Source of the DNA: Blasia pusilla
Taxonomy: Eukaryota
NCBI GenBank assembly: GCA_050084515.1
Contig: CM114271.1
Coordinates: forward strand, 45,508,001-45,572,000
Direction: 5' to 3'
Length of the DNA stretch: 64,000 bases
A model generated the notes under the pieces. The model searched no databases. It worked only from the letters and a program-made list of their open reading frames with translations, and was not told the origin of the DNA. Both the position numbers and the translations under genes were made by a program. Positions 51,302 to 63,060 of the stretch are shown here, piece by piece. Positions within the stretch are counted from its first letter, which is position 1, and each line of letters opens with the position of its first letter.

Positions 51302-54300
51302 TCAGGAACTAGCCTCATTAGCATATCCAGCTGCGCGACCTTTCTGGCCTTGGATTGCCTGTGATGGTTTAGTGGGACCATCGTCACTATGCTTGTTTAT
51401 ACCTAGACCCTGATAGGTCCTTGAAGCCAGATATTCAGCACCTGACTTGATATCTAGAAGAGATCTCTGTGTGGTAATGAGTGATGACGAATTCCCCATC
51501 TGCAGCTGAAGGGCATGCTCTGCATACTGTGAAAGAACAATGGCACGTGAAGTGACATCATCCGAGTCTACAGATGAACACACCATGTGAAAGTGGGTTA
51601 ACACCTTCCGGCATAGCAAAGAAAGAGAAAAGGGAACCAGTCCTTTGACGATCAAAATTAACCATTTCCGTCACCATTCTAACTATGCACAGAAAAACTC
51701 CTGATGGCTTTCTAACCATTCCATGCACAATGCTGTAGAGAAAAGCCAGGATCAGGCTGAAAAACACACAACATTTCTTGAATTGGAATTTTCTTGAACC
51801 AATATTCTGAGTCAACATGTTCAATCATCATGTTGAGGGCAAATGCAGTGGTGATTACCTTGGTGTTTGGAGGGGTTGATGCCTGCGTAACTCCCTGTTA
51901 AGAACGAGAATCGAGCTTCATCCCTAGGAGATTCATGAGCATTCACCATACTTGGAAGAGGTTCATTGACAAAGTCCAATCGATAGGCTCCAGTCCACTG
52001 CTTTCCTCTGTGAAGCCATGACACCAAGATTCAGATGTGTTCATGCATGTGCAACCTTAAGAAAGAAATCACACTTCACACAATAAATTAGGGAATCTGC
52101 ACAGGTACAAAGCATGCAGCCAATCAAGTTGTACAATGTTCCAACATAAGATGACACCTAATCAAGCATCAGCTTTAGTGCATGACGTGAGACCAACAAA
52201 GCTTTCATCCGATGAGAAGAAATACACAAAAATATCTTACTCTATAAATGCCAATTCAGCTTCGAATGGTGTTATAAGAGGCGCCAGATAGTCTCTACTA
52301 TCCAAAAGAGCTGTTTGTGGGCATGCCACTAGGACAAAAACATCACACTGCAGTTTCACATAATAACAGAAAAGTATCAATCACCACTCACAGTCAAACG
52401 CAATCTCAGCTTTTGAAGCACCTACTAGCAGAACAGGGTCACTAAAGCTCTGAAGTTGCCTTTTGAGGGAGAACCCCTTCAATCCTGCAAAACTTAGATG
52501 CAAAACTCACGGTGGTAAACAACAGTAAAGCCTTGCAAAAATTGCTGCCGAGAAACTAGAAATAAGAGGCATATGCGACTCGTGAAAAACCTCTGGAAAG
52601 TTAGCTAGCTTTGATGGAGTGGGTTTACCCATCACCAATGTGTATGCCTTCTTGCCAGCTCCTTCTATCATTTTTCTGATATTTTGGATTACTTCTCCAT
52701 ACCCAGCTACACATTCATACACAAATTTCTCATTTGGAGGATAGAGACAGTGAAATATGTCTTATGATGGCAATACACATTATTAACACATTACACCAGA
52801 CAGGACTAACACAATATACAGGTACGGAACTATGAAAATTGTTACATGAATCCAACCTATCATGAAACCCAACTTTTATCATGACTAAACCACCACTATA
52901 CCAGGAAGCAATTGAACTTACCTACACCGAGAGTACCAACAACAATACCAACAACATTGGCATCCTTTGCTCGCTCAACAAGATAATACCTGCCACCACA
53001 ACAACAGAGAACCATTATCCATTATGCCTCCTTTGCTATATATATAACGACGTTTTCAAGTACTCCTGGGAAGACTGCGCTTGTGGATCTTTCTGCTGGT
53101 AGCTATCTAGACATTAAACCAATTCTCAATTCTCTTTTGATTTGAATACCTTCGTTTTAAAAGTTTAGATTGATTTGCCAAGTCTGACAGCAACTTCTTC
53201 TCTGTAGGATCATATCTAACAACCTGTAAAAACATCCCAGCAGAGAATCATGTATGATGTGAGATGGGGAGCAGTAGGACTAATTTAAAATCAAGCATAC
53301 AAGCAGTTGAGCAAAACTCAGATCTTCTCAAGGGTGTTGAGGAGGACCTACAGTAGATGTGTTGAAGATGAGGGATGTATTTATGAGTCCGGGACCATCA
53401 TTTCCAATCCAAAGTATGTTGTAGTCTGCCATACTCCTGTCTCTTGGTATGGTCCATTTCAGACCTCCTAGACAGTGCTCTGAAACCGCATCGACAGGTG
53501 AACTCTTTTTGGCAGAGGCTCCCTTCACAATTGATGAATCAGTTGTATTGCAGCTGGTTTCTCCTGTATCAATATGGATTCGTCCATTGCAGTCACCTAC
53601 TGATCTCTGCTCTTCGATGACAGCACCTGCTCCAACTTCTTCATGGGTCATATCCTGCTCTTTTGTGGCAGATGATGGTGTGATCTCTTGGAATCTTGTT
53701 TCACATTTGGTGCTTGCCAACGATGGGTTCATGTGCTGATTGGGAATGCCTGCAAAAGATATGTCCAATTCTTTTGCTCCAATAGCATCGATCTTCTTCC
53801 AAATATTTGGCACTGCATATGTGTATTCAAGCCCAAACATAACCTGCAGAGTTCAAGCGAATATGAACTATAGGACAAGACCTTTCAAATTGCATAGCAG
53901 GCTGGACTCTGTAAGAGTAGTTAATAGATGGGATAACCGGAGAATGCAAAGCTCTTACAAGTATACACATGCAGCCCTTCAGATAGAGTGGTCCATGAGA
54001 AACAATAATAGATTGCAATTTCAGACAGATACACAAATTGAAGTACCAAGAGAGGCTTCAGGTTGTCTGCTGCAAATTCTATGATGAGAGTTGCACAGTC
54101 TCCAACATCGAGCCTTGCCCTTCCAAACACAAACCATACTGGTAGTCTTGATGTCCTGCTCCACAATTAACAAAAGCATATGAGCAACACGGTAGACATG
54201 GTGCTCCATACAGAATCCCTCCTGTTCAATGAATTGAAGTAAATTCCTATCTCTACATCTTCATTTCAACTCTGCTTGATAAATTTGTCTCAAGAAAATC

Positions 54301-55104
54301 AAGAGCAATGTAGGTGAAGAAAACTCACACACTTAGGCAAGAATGGCCATAGTGCACTATACACTGTGCATCAGCATGCATGGCAGCTACCTCATCAGCA
54401 CAACAGCTGCCAAAGGTGGTATCAGCCATCACAAAGAAACGAAGAGGAAGAATTTCTGCTTCCGCTGGATCCCTTGAGTCGCTCTGTAGTGCCAGCTCTT
54501 TCTTCAGAGCAACAGTCACTGCGACACTGTGTCTGAGGAGCTCATCTGGGAACTGTATCCCGACTCCACCATATATTAGCAGCCAGACAAATTATTGCTC
54601 TTATATGAGAACAATCCCACTCAGAAATGGGGCATTTTTGCTACTTGTAGATATGAGAATGGCATTCAAATTCTGTGGCATCTATTTTTAAGACAGCATG
54701 GTTATCACAGGGAGGGTCAACTCCTTTCGGATTTCCACTTATGCGTAAAGAGTCAAGGGCATCCAAATCATGAAACTGAGTATAGTCGCATTGAGATTTG
54801 CTGAGTGCAAGGGACAAAGCTTAGTTCCAATTCGCTACTACTTCTCCATCTGATGATTACTGGAATCTGTCAGCTTCCTTCAGACAGGGTTAAAAACGAG
54901 ACACATTCGTAAAGATTGCAAAGATTTTGCACATTTGGTCTCCCCAACCCCAGCCATGCACGACCGCGTCGTCCTCCCCACTGATCCAGATCAGATGCGG
55001 ATTACCTGCAGCGCTACGCGTTGGAAACGACTGTGAAGAATAAAAGCGACCGTTCCGATGATGTCGAACTTGTCCCAGAACTCTTCCTCTTCATCTCTCA
55101 CCAT
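51302..55104 (-). CDS. DPH2: Diphthamide biosynthesis protein 2, 10 exons
   Basis: Exons 55104-55006, 54552-54329, 54155-54047, 53843-53352, 53223-53150, 52989-52922, 52706-52591, 52347-52241, 52007-51859, 51567-51302. Motifs [76 protein letters not shown] and [14 protein letters not shown]...[10 protein letters not shown]. Confidence 0.95.
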
Positions 55105-57077
55105 GACAGTTTCCTGCATTTGGCCCTATCCCTGCATCAAGCAATTGTTTATAAGTCAGTGCACTCCTGCGGCTTTGCACCGAAACACTGGGCCTTGGAA
55201 GTGGAATCACGATCACAAAGCTGAGACTGCTAGCAGTTTGGTATCCCACAATTTTCATGTTCAGGCACACCACATTTGTGAAATTGCAGTACATTGCAGA
55301 TATCATGTTCAGTAGGTCCATCGTCCTTGCAGCTGAAGTTGCACATCCAATGATTACAATCAATGATGCAGATAGTAATGATCGTAGAGCTGCTGCTATT
55401 ACACCACATGGATCCGGTCTATGGTTAGTGAATTCTTTGAACTATCAAAGTTGCTCAAATTTCCTCATGAGATGGTGGGATAACAGTGAAGTGGTCGCAG
55501 GAGAGGAAGTTGAGCTGAGAGCAGTAAAGTACTTGTCCTTCCAGAACTAGCAAGCTCATTCTCAATCCAATGGTTGAAGTCGTGGAAGAAATTGCAATAG
55601 AAAGCCCAGCTCTGCGAGCTTGGCCTTCACATGAATCATCGGGTCACTCATGCGAAAAACGAGTCCGACATTGAGTGCCAGGGTTTTCTTAGAGAGTGGA
55701 AATAGGGGTCATTATGGTACCCCTTCTTCCTCAGCGAGCACTCACACATTTACTTTAATCTTCCAGATCACGTAACTGCAAACTATTGCTGTTGCACCGA
55801 ACAGAAATCCTTCTTTTCCTCGAGATTTCCTGTACTTTGTGCCAACTCTACCATCGCTGGTTGCTGCAATTACCCCCGTTCTCACTGCAGCATTCAGTCG
55901 GTCACATGGCCGTAGATGTCATGCGAATGAACCAAAACCCTAAACCTTGGAGGCAAAAGGCTCTCATCGCTGTGCATGGTAGGCACAGCGATGATGGGGT
56001 CGCTTGGACACTAATTTCATGTGTGGATGGGAAATGCTTGAGCTGGCCAACCGTGAGCAATCTCAGCAAGAGTGCTCAAGGACTAGCATGACGACGGCTG
56101 CCAAACGAAAGAATTCAACTTTCACGACTAGAAGCAGGGAGGAGCTCCCTTGTGTTCAGAAGCTTGCCCCAACTGCTGGATACGGTTCGCAGACTCCGAT
56201 TGCTCAGATGGTACTTGGCAATAAAAGCTCTTCAATTGTCAGGAGAAAATTGGAGCTTGCTGTCGTGAAACTCGGCACCGCGAGAGTCGATCAGGGTATC
56301 TCCAGACGCGGAAGCAGTGCCCATGTGACACATACGACCAAATTCTCCGATGTGGCGATCATCATCATCATCGTAATAAATCACAGAAAATCATCACCGC
56401 ATCGCTCTCCACATAATTTCCCCTTTCCACTGTTGTTAACGAGCACGACGCCAGCACTGAAAGTGTGTACGAGACGCTTCTACAATCACAGGCTTTTGCC
56501 TCAAACCGAATTGTTCACACACCGGGTACACCGACAAGAGAGACCAGAAAGAGACCGTCGGCACCAGCACAGAAACGAACTACCGCAAATTGGTCGCATG
56601 GATTGCACCCAAACTGTCCGCTGAAACCTACCTCACATCATTGACACGAAGGTAGATTCGCACATTCCTACGCGTGCTAGCGAGCCCGTGGCACATGAGA
56701 CACGGAGGAGGTGTCCGCTCTATTACCTTCAAGAGATTGATGTAGTGGTAGTCAGCAGATCCGTCCCCAGCGACGGCAATAGCTTCCGTTGCCTTCCTGT
56801 CCCCGCGACGCGAATCAAAGTGTGCGCGTGAAATTGTCAAATCGCGTCTGCTGTAAGCACCCGAAACCCTCTGTGCCTCGCGGATCGGAGAACGCTCGAA
56901 TGAATGCAGTCACGCTAAGGGCTAGGGATCCAACCGTGCCGCCCCTTCCACTTCGCACTCCATCACGCTGCGATTGAGACTCATCTCAAAACGTGTCAGA
57001 GGCGAAGAAACTTGTCTCATTTGCTTTCATGGAAGAGAGACCTCTTCTCGCGTCGCTCGAGAACGTTGCCTCCACGG

Positions 57078-57292
57078 GCGAATGTGGCAGCTCAAGAACT
57101 TTCTCACATGCACTACGAAAGTGCGAAAATGTTGTGTAGCTCAAGAAAACCTATGCGAAAGCGTGAGAATGTGGCAGCTCAAGGGCTTTGCTTCCATGCT
57201 TTACAAAAGCGTGAAAACGTGGCACGGCTAAAGAACGAAAGTGTGAAAATGTGGCATAGCCGTATGAATTTTTCTCCATGCTTTACAAAAGA
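57078..57292. repeat. Degenerate short tandem array (~40-50 bp, about 5 units)
   Basis: Recurring (G)TGAAAATGTGGCAGCTCAAG-like core, and CCATGCTTTACAAAAG twice. Confidence 0.7.
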
Positions 57293-57636
57293 GTTTGGCA
57301 TTCTCTCAATCAATTTCTCCATCTACGAGACATACCATACGGCAACATCCAGTAAGGGACATTTAATAATTCATGTTTGAATGTCACTCCTTACAAACAA
57401 CCAAAAGCATTTTTGAGAATGACCAAAAGTACTTATTGGAGAAATATAGTGACATGCGTCAAACATCTATATACTACTAGCATAATTCCTACTAGTAAGG
57501 TGTGCGATGCATGAGTATATAAATATGTCATAATTCACATTCGATGATTTTAATCCAAGTAATTCACATTCTATTGCCTACCCTCTTTTCATAGAGAATG
57601 AAAAAAGAAACTCGGGTGATTCATTTCTTACATAAG

Positions 57637-58060
57637 TTTTTTTACCTTCTATTTATAGCAACCCCCTAATATTTGGTTTCTAGTATAGATAGATTTGCTT
57701 GATGACGTTCACTTCCTCAAGCCAAGTGCGCGAGAGAAGGTGAAAAACTTAGACGTAAGGTCCATATTTGAGTGATAGAAAGTACCATTGTCAAAGTAGC
57801 AGTTCATATTTGCCCCATAAGTAGTTTCTAGGAATGAGGAGTAATTACTTAATTATAACGCCTGTGAGGTGTTGTGAATTTGTTTGTTGTTTCCAACTTT
57901 CCTTGTGTTGGCCCTAATATGATTGAGTGAAAACTCAGAGGAAGGATTTGGAAAAGAATGGGGAGTACAGATAGATGCTCGTTTTTTTTACCTTCTATTT
58001 ATAGCAACCCCCTAATATTTGGTTTCTAGTATAGATAGATTTGCGTGATGCCGTTCACTT
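57637..58060. repeat. Direct duplication of ~78 bp (57637-57714 and ~57982-58060) containing a Helitron-like 5' end on the minus strand
   Basis: TTTTTTACCTTCTATTTATAGCAACCCCCTAATATTTGGTTTCTAGTATAGATAGATTTGC is present twice. A candidate CTAG 3' end lies at about 57492. Confidence 0.8.
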
Positions 58061-58069
58061 TGTCACGGC

Positions 58070-60037
58070 TGTTAGGATAGATCGGTGGGATCTAGCAGAG
58101 CGTCTTCACGAGTAGAGGAGGACAAGCCCAGGAGGTCGAGGATGACTTGCTGAGGCCCTAGGAAACCTGAGAGAGTAGGTTTCCCCTTCGTTTCGGCTCA
58201 TTTGGAGCCATATAGAGAAAAACTTGCTATTTCGAGGAAGTTTCCATGTTGGTGATAATTGACTTTCCACTTTGGGAAGTGGCCCTTGACCCGCTACAGC
58301 AGGTCAAAAGCCAAGGAGGTGACCTACGAGTATAGGTTACCATTGAGAGGGCTTGGGAGAGGGAAGGGAGTATACCTCCAAGAGAGAGAGATAGAGATCA
58401 TTCTCTCTTTGTTGAACCTCTTGGCATGAGGCGGCGGAGCTATGGTCCCTTGCCTTGTGAGTGTAACCCAAGCCTCTCATTAGGAGAGTGGGTTTGGTTT
58501 GACATGAGAGAGAGTGCACACCTTTGACAGCTATGGTATGAGATGGTGTAGAGAGAGATTGGATCTTACTTTACAAAGAGAGAATGAGAGAGTGAGAGAG
58601 CTTCATGGGGGAGCTCGCTGGTCACTCCCTGTTTTTGGAGGTTGGGGACCATGTTCCCCGTTCAACGGCTCATAGGAGTGCTCACCGAAGCAAGGGCTGC
58701 TTTGATTGTTCTTTGCATTTGCCAATTTTTCGTGTGGAAGAGTGACGTGCAGAAGCGTTGCCCAATTTCTGATAGGGATTGATTATGGGGTTGGGTTGTC
58801 ACATGCCGGTGCTCTTGGGAGCACCATGTAGCTTGTTGATTTGTATTTTTACAGGATTTACATTTTCTTTGGGAGAAATCAGCGTGGAAGCACTGCCAAA
58901 TTTTGTGTAGGAGAAAGAGACATTGGGCCTTACAACAGTCCTTGTCAGTTTTTACTGGAATGTTCGATTCTAAATATTTTTTGACGCTGTCATAGATTGT
59001 GAAGTTGTGCAAGCTGTGCAACAAAAAATGCGCAATTTGGAGTTGCAAACAAAAAGTTATGGTCAATCTTGAAAAATTGCCATTGCTAGGCAATTTTTAG
59101 GGTTAAATTGTTCAAACCCTGAACCAGCCGCCACTCCGGCGGCTGCCGTCGCTATCATGGTAACCGTCAACGATCCTCCATCGACGGTCAACCTTCAACG
59201 TTAGTGTCAGTGGTCAACCGTCACCGTCCGTTGTCCACCCTTTGGTTGCCATTGCCGTCTTTACGGAGTGGAGGGTCTTCACGACGTTCGTTGATTCTTT
59301 GACTTGCGTCGCCACCACGTACTTTGTTTTGGTCGCTATCATCATCGCAGTTTCGTCATCAACCAGTGATGGCAGATGACCTATGGTTATGGTGTTTGAG
59401 TTGTGATTTCATGCTGCTATGTTGTGATTGGTAGTCGCTCGACGATGATCGAGTACCATGCCGTGACGCCCGTAGCCGCAACGCGCCACCGATTGCCGCG
59501 TCGTGCCGCTCATGGCTGCACCGCACCGTCTGGATCACGGAGCCGCATCATCATTGTGGAGCAGAGTGTGGGTTTATTTTTCATTGAGGAGGGTATGCCA
59601 CCGAGTGCCGCATCCCACCATCGAGGGCCGTGCCATTCGTAGCCATTTCGTGCCGCTTGCAACGCCGCACCGTTCCGCTGGAATCGCACTGTCTATCGAG
59701 GAGTTTTGAGCAGCGTCAGTACGGGAGGAGTATGACTTGCTGATTGGAGGAGTTGTCTCCACGACCGAGTTGGGGTTGAGATTTGCAGTTGCTGAGGAGT
59801 GACATCAACATGTATTCAGGTTATCCATTTGGTCCTTTACCCTACACGTGTGAGGGATTGTGGGATTTGGGTAGTTTATTTGGGGATATTGGGTGTGTGG
59901 ATGCTGAGAGCATCATGTATGTATGTGGTTTAGGGGACATAGACCTATGTGGGATGTCTTGAGTTGAGGGTAGGTTGTCGATGAGATAATAGCCTGGTCA
60001 ATTTGCCGCACCCCGCCGCTTGTTGCCGCACGTTACA
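58070..60037 (+). repeat. Putative 5' LTR (~2 kb)
   Basis: Begins TGTTAG where homology to the upstream duplicated flank stops; candidate end GTTACA about 100 bp before the gag ATG; shares segments with dispersed repeats elsewhere in the window. The second LTR is not in the window. Confidence 0.55.
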
Positions 60038-60133
60038 CGTCTCGGGGAGGGAGAGTGTAGATTGAGTGACGTATGTTTGGGATGAGTGATTGAGGGATTA
60101 CTCGCAAGGTGAGAGTGATCGGGTGAGAGGGGC

Positions 60134-61400
60134 ATGAGGGTCATCACAGCGTCCATTCGGGACTTTGAGAGACGAGGTGGTGAACTCGAGAGTAGCTCTA
60201 GAGGTTTTACGCGGAGTGGCGCGAGGTTCCGAGGGTCTCCACGTGAGGGACCACCTCGACCTCCTTCTGTGTCATCGTCAGACGAGGGGGAGGGTGTAGA
60301 GGAGTTTATGAGCACATCGCCACACATTGTGAGTGGTCCTACCAGTTGGGCATACGAGATGGACGACCGGGGTAGAGGACCGCATAGCTTTTCAGGTGTA
60401 GTAGGCACGATTTCATAGCGGAGTTTAGGAGTTGGTGTGACTCACAGCGGGCTAGGAACTCTAGAGAGTTCAACTCGTTTACAGCATGGAACGGTATGTT
60501 CCAGCATTTAGAGAGGGCGCCCATGGACAATTACCATGAGTTCTCCCATAGATATGCCCACGAGATTGAAGCATGCCGACTCTACTACAACCCACACTAT
60601 GTGTTATGGACGGAGCCGTTCCGAGATGAGGAGGAGGAATCAAGAGAGGCTACTTCATCTTCCACTAGTGACGTTTTAGGAGGGGTCACTTGCATGGGAG
60701 CAGTTGCACCGTCTAGTCGAGTTCGTCCCAGGTTCAACCATGTGGTTGAGTTCTTTGTTGAGTTGAGGGCGAGCTACCAGGGGATACGGACGGAGAATTT
60801 GCAGAGCCTCCACGAATTCCAAAGACGCTCGGGTGAGAGTTTGCGTGAGGCTTAGACTCGCTTGCGCCGGTTGATCAACGTCACTCAAGGGGTGACAAAG
60901 GCTCAGGCTATCCAGTCATGGTACGCGATGCTGGATCGGACCCTGCGGGTGCGGGAGGGGGTGCTTCTTATGAACACCTCCCCTACATTTAGAGATGTTT
61001 TTAGGACCGCCAAGAACATTGAGCGCAACATGGCGGAGGAGAGCTTAGCCACCATGGGTTTTAGGCGAGAGTAGTCACGATTGTCTGCACCACCTGTCCA
61101 GCAACTTGGACTCCGAGATAGGTCGACTGTGGCACCACAAGCTCAGGGAAGATACCGGGAGGGTGTGCCATAGAGACCTACGCCTTCATATGCGGCTTAG
61201 CAGCAACCGCCTACTATCACTTGTTGTGCATGTGGTGGAGCCCATCATCAACGCGGGATTGCACTCGTCAGGATCTTGGACGTGTGCCTCAGCATGGAGG
61301 AGGAGATGGTGCTGCACCAGGAGGTTATCAGTGTGACTATTGTCACAGGTATGGTCATACACGCGCCAAACGTTTCAGTTTACATCTTAAGTTACGTCCA
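60134..61400 (+). pseudogene. gag: Retrotransposon gag with two CCHC zinc knuckles (frameshifted)
   Basis: FFVELRASYQG...LHEFQRRSGESLREA*TRLRRLI (gag major-homology-like); CCACGGAHHQR(D)C at about 61222 and CDYCHRYGHTRAK(R) at about 61332. Confidence 0.8.
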
Positions 61401-62337
61401 GACTGAGGGCCAGAGAGGGCACTAGAGCGAATAGTCGGTCCGGGTGGGCTAGAGATCGTGCACTAGGTGGTCCTGTTGGGGGACGAGGAGCTGGAGTTGC
61501 CCGACATGGTGGTGGAGCTGCCCGTGGAGGAGGTAGAGTCCTACCATCTAGACGCGTCGAGGGAGATGTCGGGCGTGTGGCTAGGATGGCTGCTCACATA
61601 CATCAGCTACAGGAGCAGATTGCCGCTATGGCATTGACATTACCCGATGCCGGATCCGTGGCATCGACATCATATGGAGTAGCCAGAGATATGGAGGATC
61701 CTGGTTGGATATGTGGGATTGCCCAGATGGAGGCAGCCGTAGTTGTGATGCGTGGAGCAACCGCAGAGTTGGATCCACAGCGAGGGGAACCGAGGAAACA
61801 GACTAGGCTTCCTCAGTATTTCACGTTGTCCGAGACGATGACGACCCCATGATGGGTCCTAATCAGAGTTCTTGGAGAGTTGGTGATGTTGTTGGTATGC
61901 AGGCACGGAGGGCGATGGGAGAAGCGAGTGCGACGATTCCTATTGTTGATGCTCAGGAGGGGCATGTGTCGAACATGTTGCTAGGACTGGCCACCATTGT
62001 GTATCGCGCTCCTTTATTTTTTGCTTCCGATGTTATGACGTTGGGGGGTACGCCCGCCGAGGCTTTTCGGCTGGCCTCCAGGCTATGTGAGCGTGGAGTT
62101 GGAGTTCTTGCATCACGTTCAAAGATGATTGCAGAGGAGGTGATGGACCTGCCCTTGGAGCGGATGCTCGAGCCATCCACGTCAGATTCATGGCAGGCTG
62201 CGGCTGCTAGGATGGCAGAGATGCCCGCTGAACCCGCGAAAGAGTGTGCCATGGCTTCTCCTGGTGTTGTGTTGCTAGATAACCAAGGAGAGGTCTTCCA
62301 GTTGGTGAGTCCCGGAGGTAGAGCTTTTAGTCCGTAG

Positions 62338-62703
62338 CGCGTCTTGTTGGATTCAGAAGCGCAACCCCTAATGTTGGGGAAAGCGTCATTCAGAGGATTG
62401 GGCTTGACGAGAGCCGATATGGAGCGTTGTCCATTCCGGATACAAACATCCTTGGGTGGAGTAAGTACCACACAATATATCACCCGAAAGGAGGTCGTGA
62501 TGAGGATTCGCTCGGGACATCCTACAGATGAGTCCGTGGTGCGAGCCAAGGCGATAGTGACTGATGAAGAGACTCACGACGTCTTGGTTGATGGAGCAGT
62601 GTTATACTCGATGGGGTTTGCCCTGGATTACTGGGAGGAGTCAGCGTCCGACAGACCAGGATGGCACTCAGGTGATGGGCGTCTTAGCTCATTACCCGTT
62701 TGA
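62338..62703 (+). pseudogene. Retroviral-type aspartic protease
   Basis: RVLLDSEAQPLMLG (D-S-G-A motif with G>E), IQTSLGG flap-like region, and HDVLVDGAVL (DVLIG-like). Confidence 0.8.
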
Positions 62704-63060
62704 TTCACAAGTGCAGTGATCGAGCAACGGCCAGGAGAGGTGGCGACCTTAGCAGCATTTAGCAGTGCCATCACTTGGCCTAGTGATTTGATTGAGGGAC
62801 ATGTCCATGCAGAGGATACTCCCATTCCTGAGATTTCTATGGAGAGGAGTGTTATGGTAGCCGCATCATTCCGCGGAGGAGAGGTATAATTGTGGGGCTC
62901 GACTAAGGAGCTTCGATGATTGGCAGATGAGCAGGTGCAGACCGCGTGGAGCAAGGCGTTTGCACCGAAGCGTGATGGGTCTAAGAAACCCGAGGTTGCA
63001 GGGAGTGCTACAATGACACCCTTAGATACCACACCCATTGTGTGGTGTATCCCGGAGGAG

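Noticed and set aside
56004-56624. 206-aa plus-strand ORF
   Set aside because: Non-ATG start in the ORF track, no recognisable domain, and it lies in the probable DPH2 upstream region; cannot be supported as a gene.
57078-57292. CRISPR-like array
   Set aside because: Irregular degenerate minisatellite; the intervening segments are related to each other.
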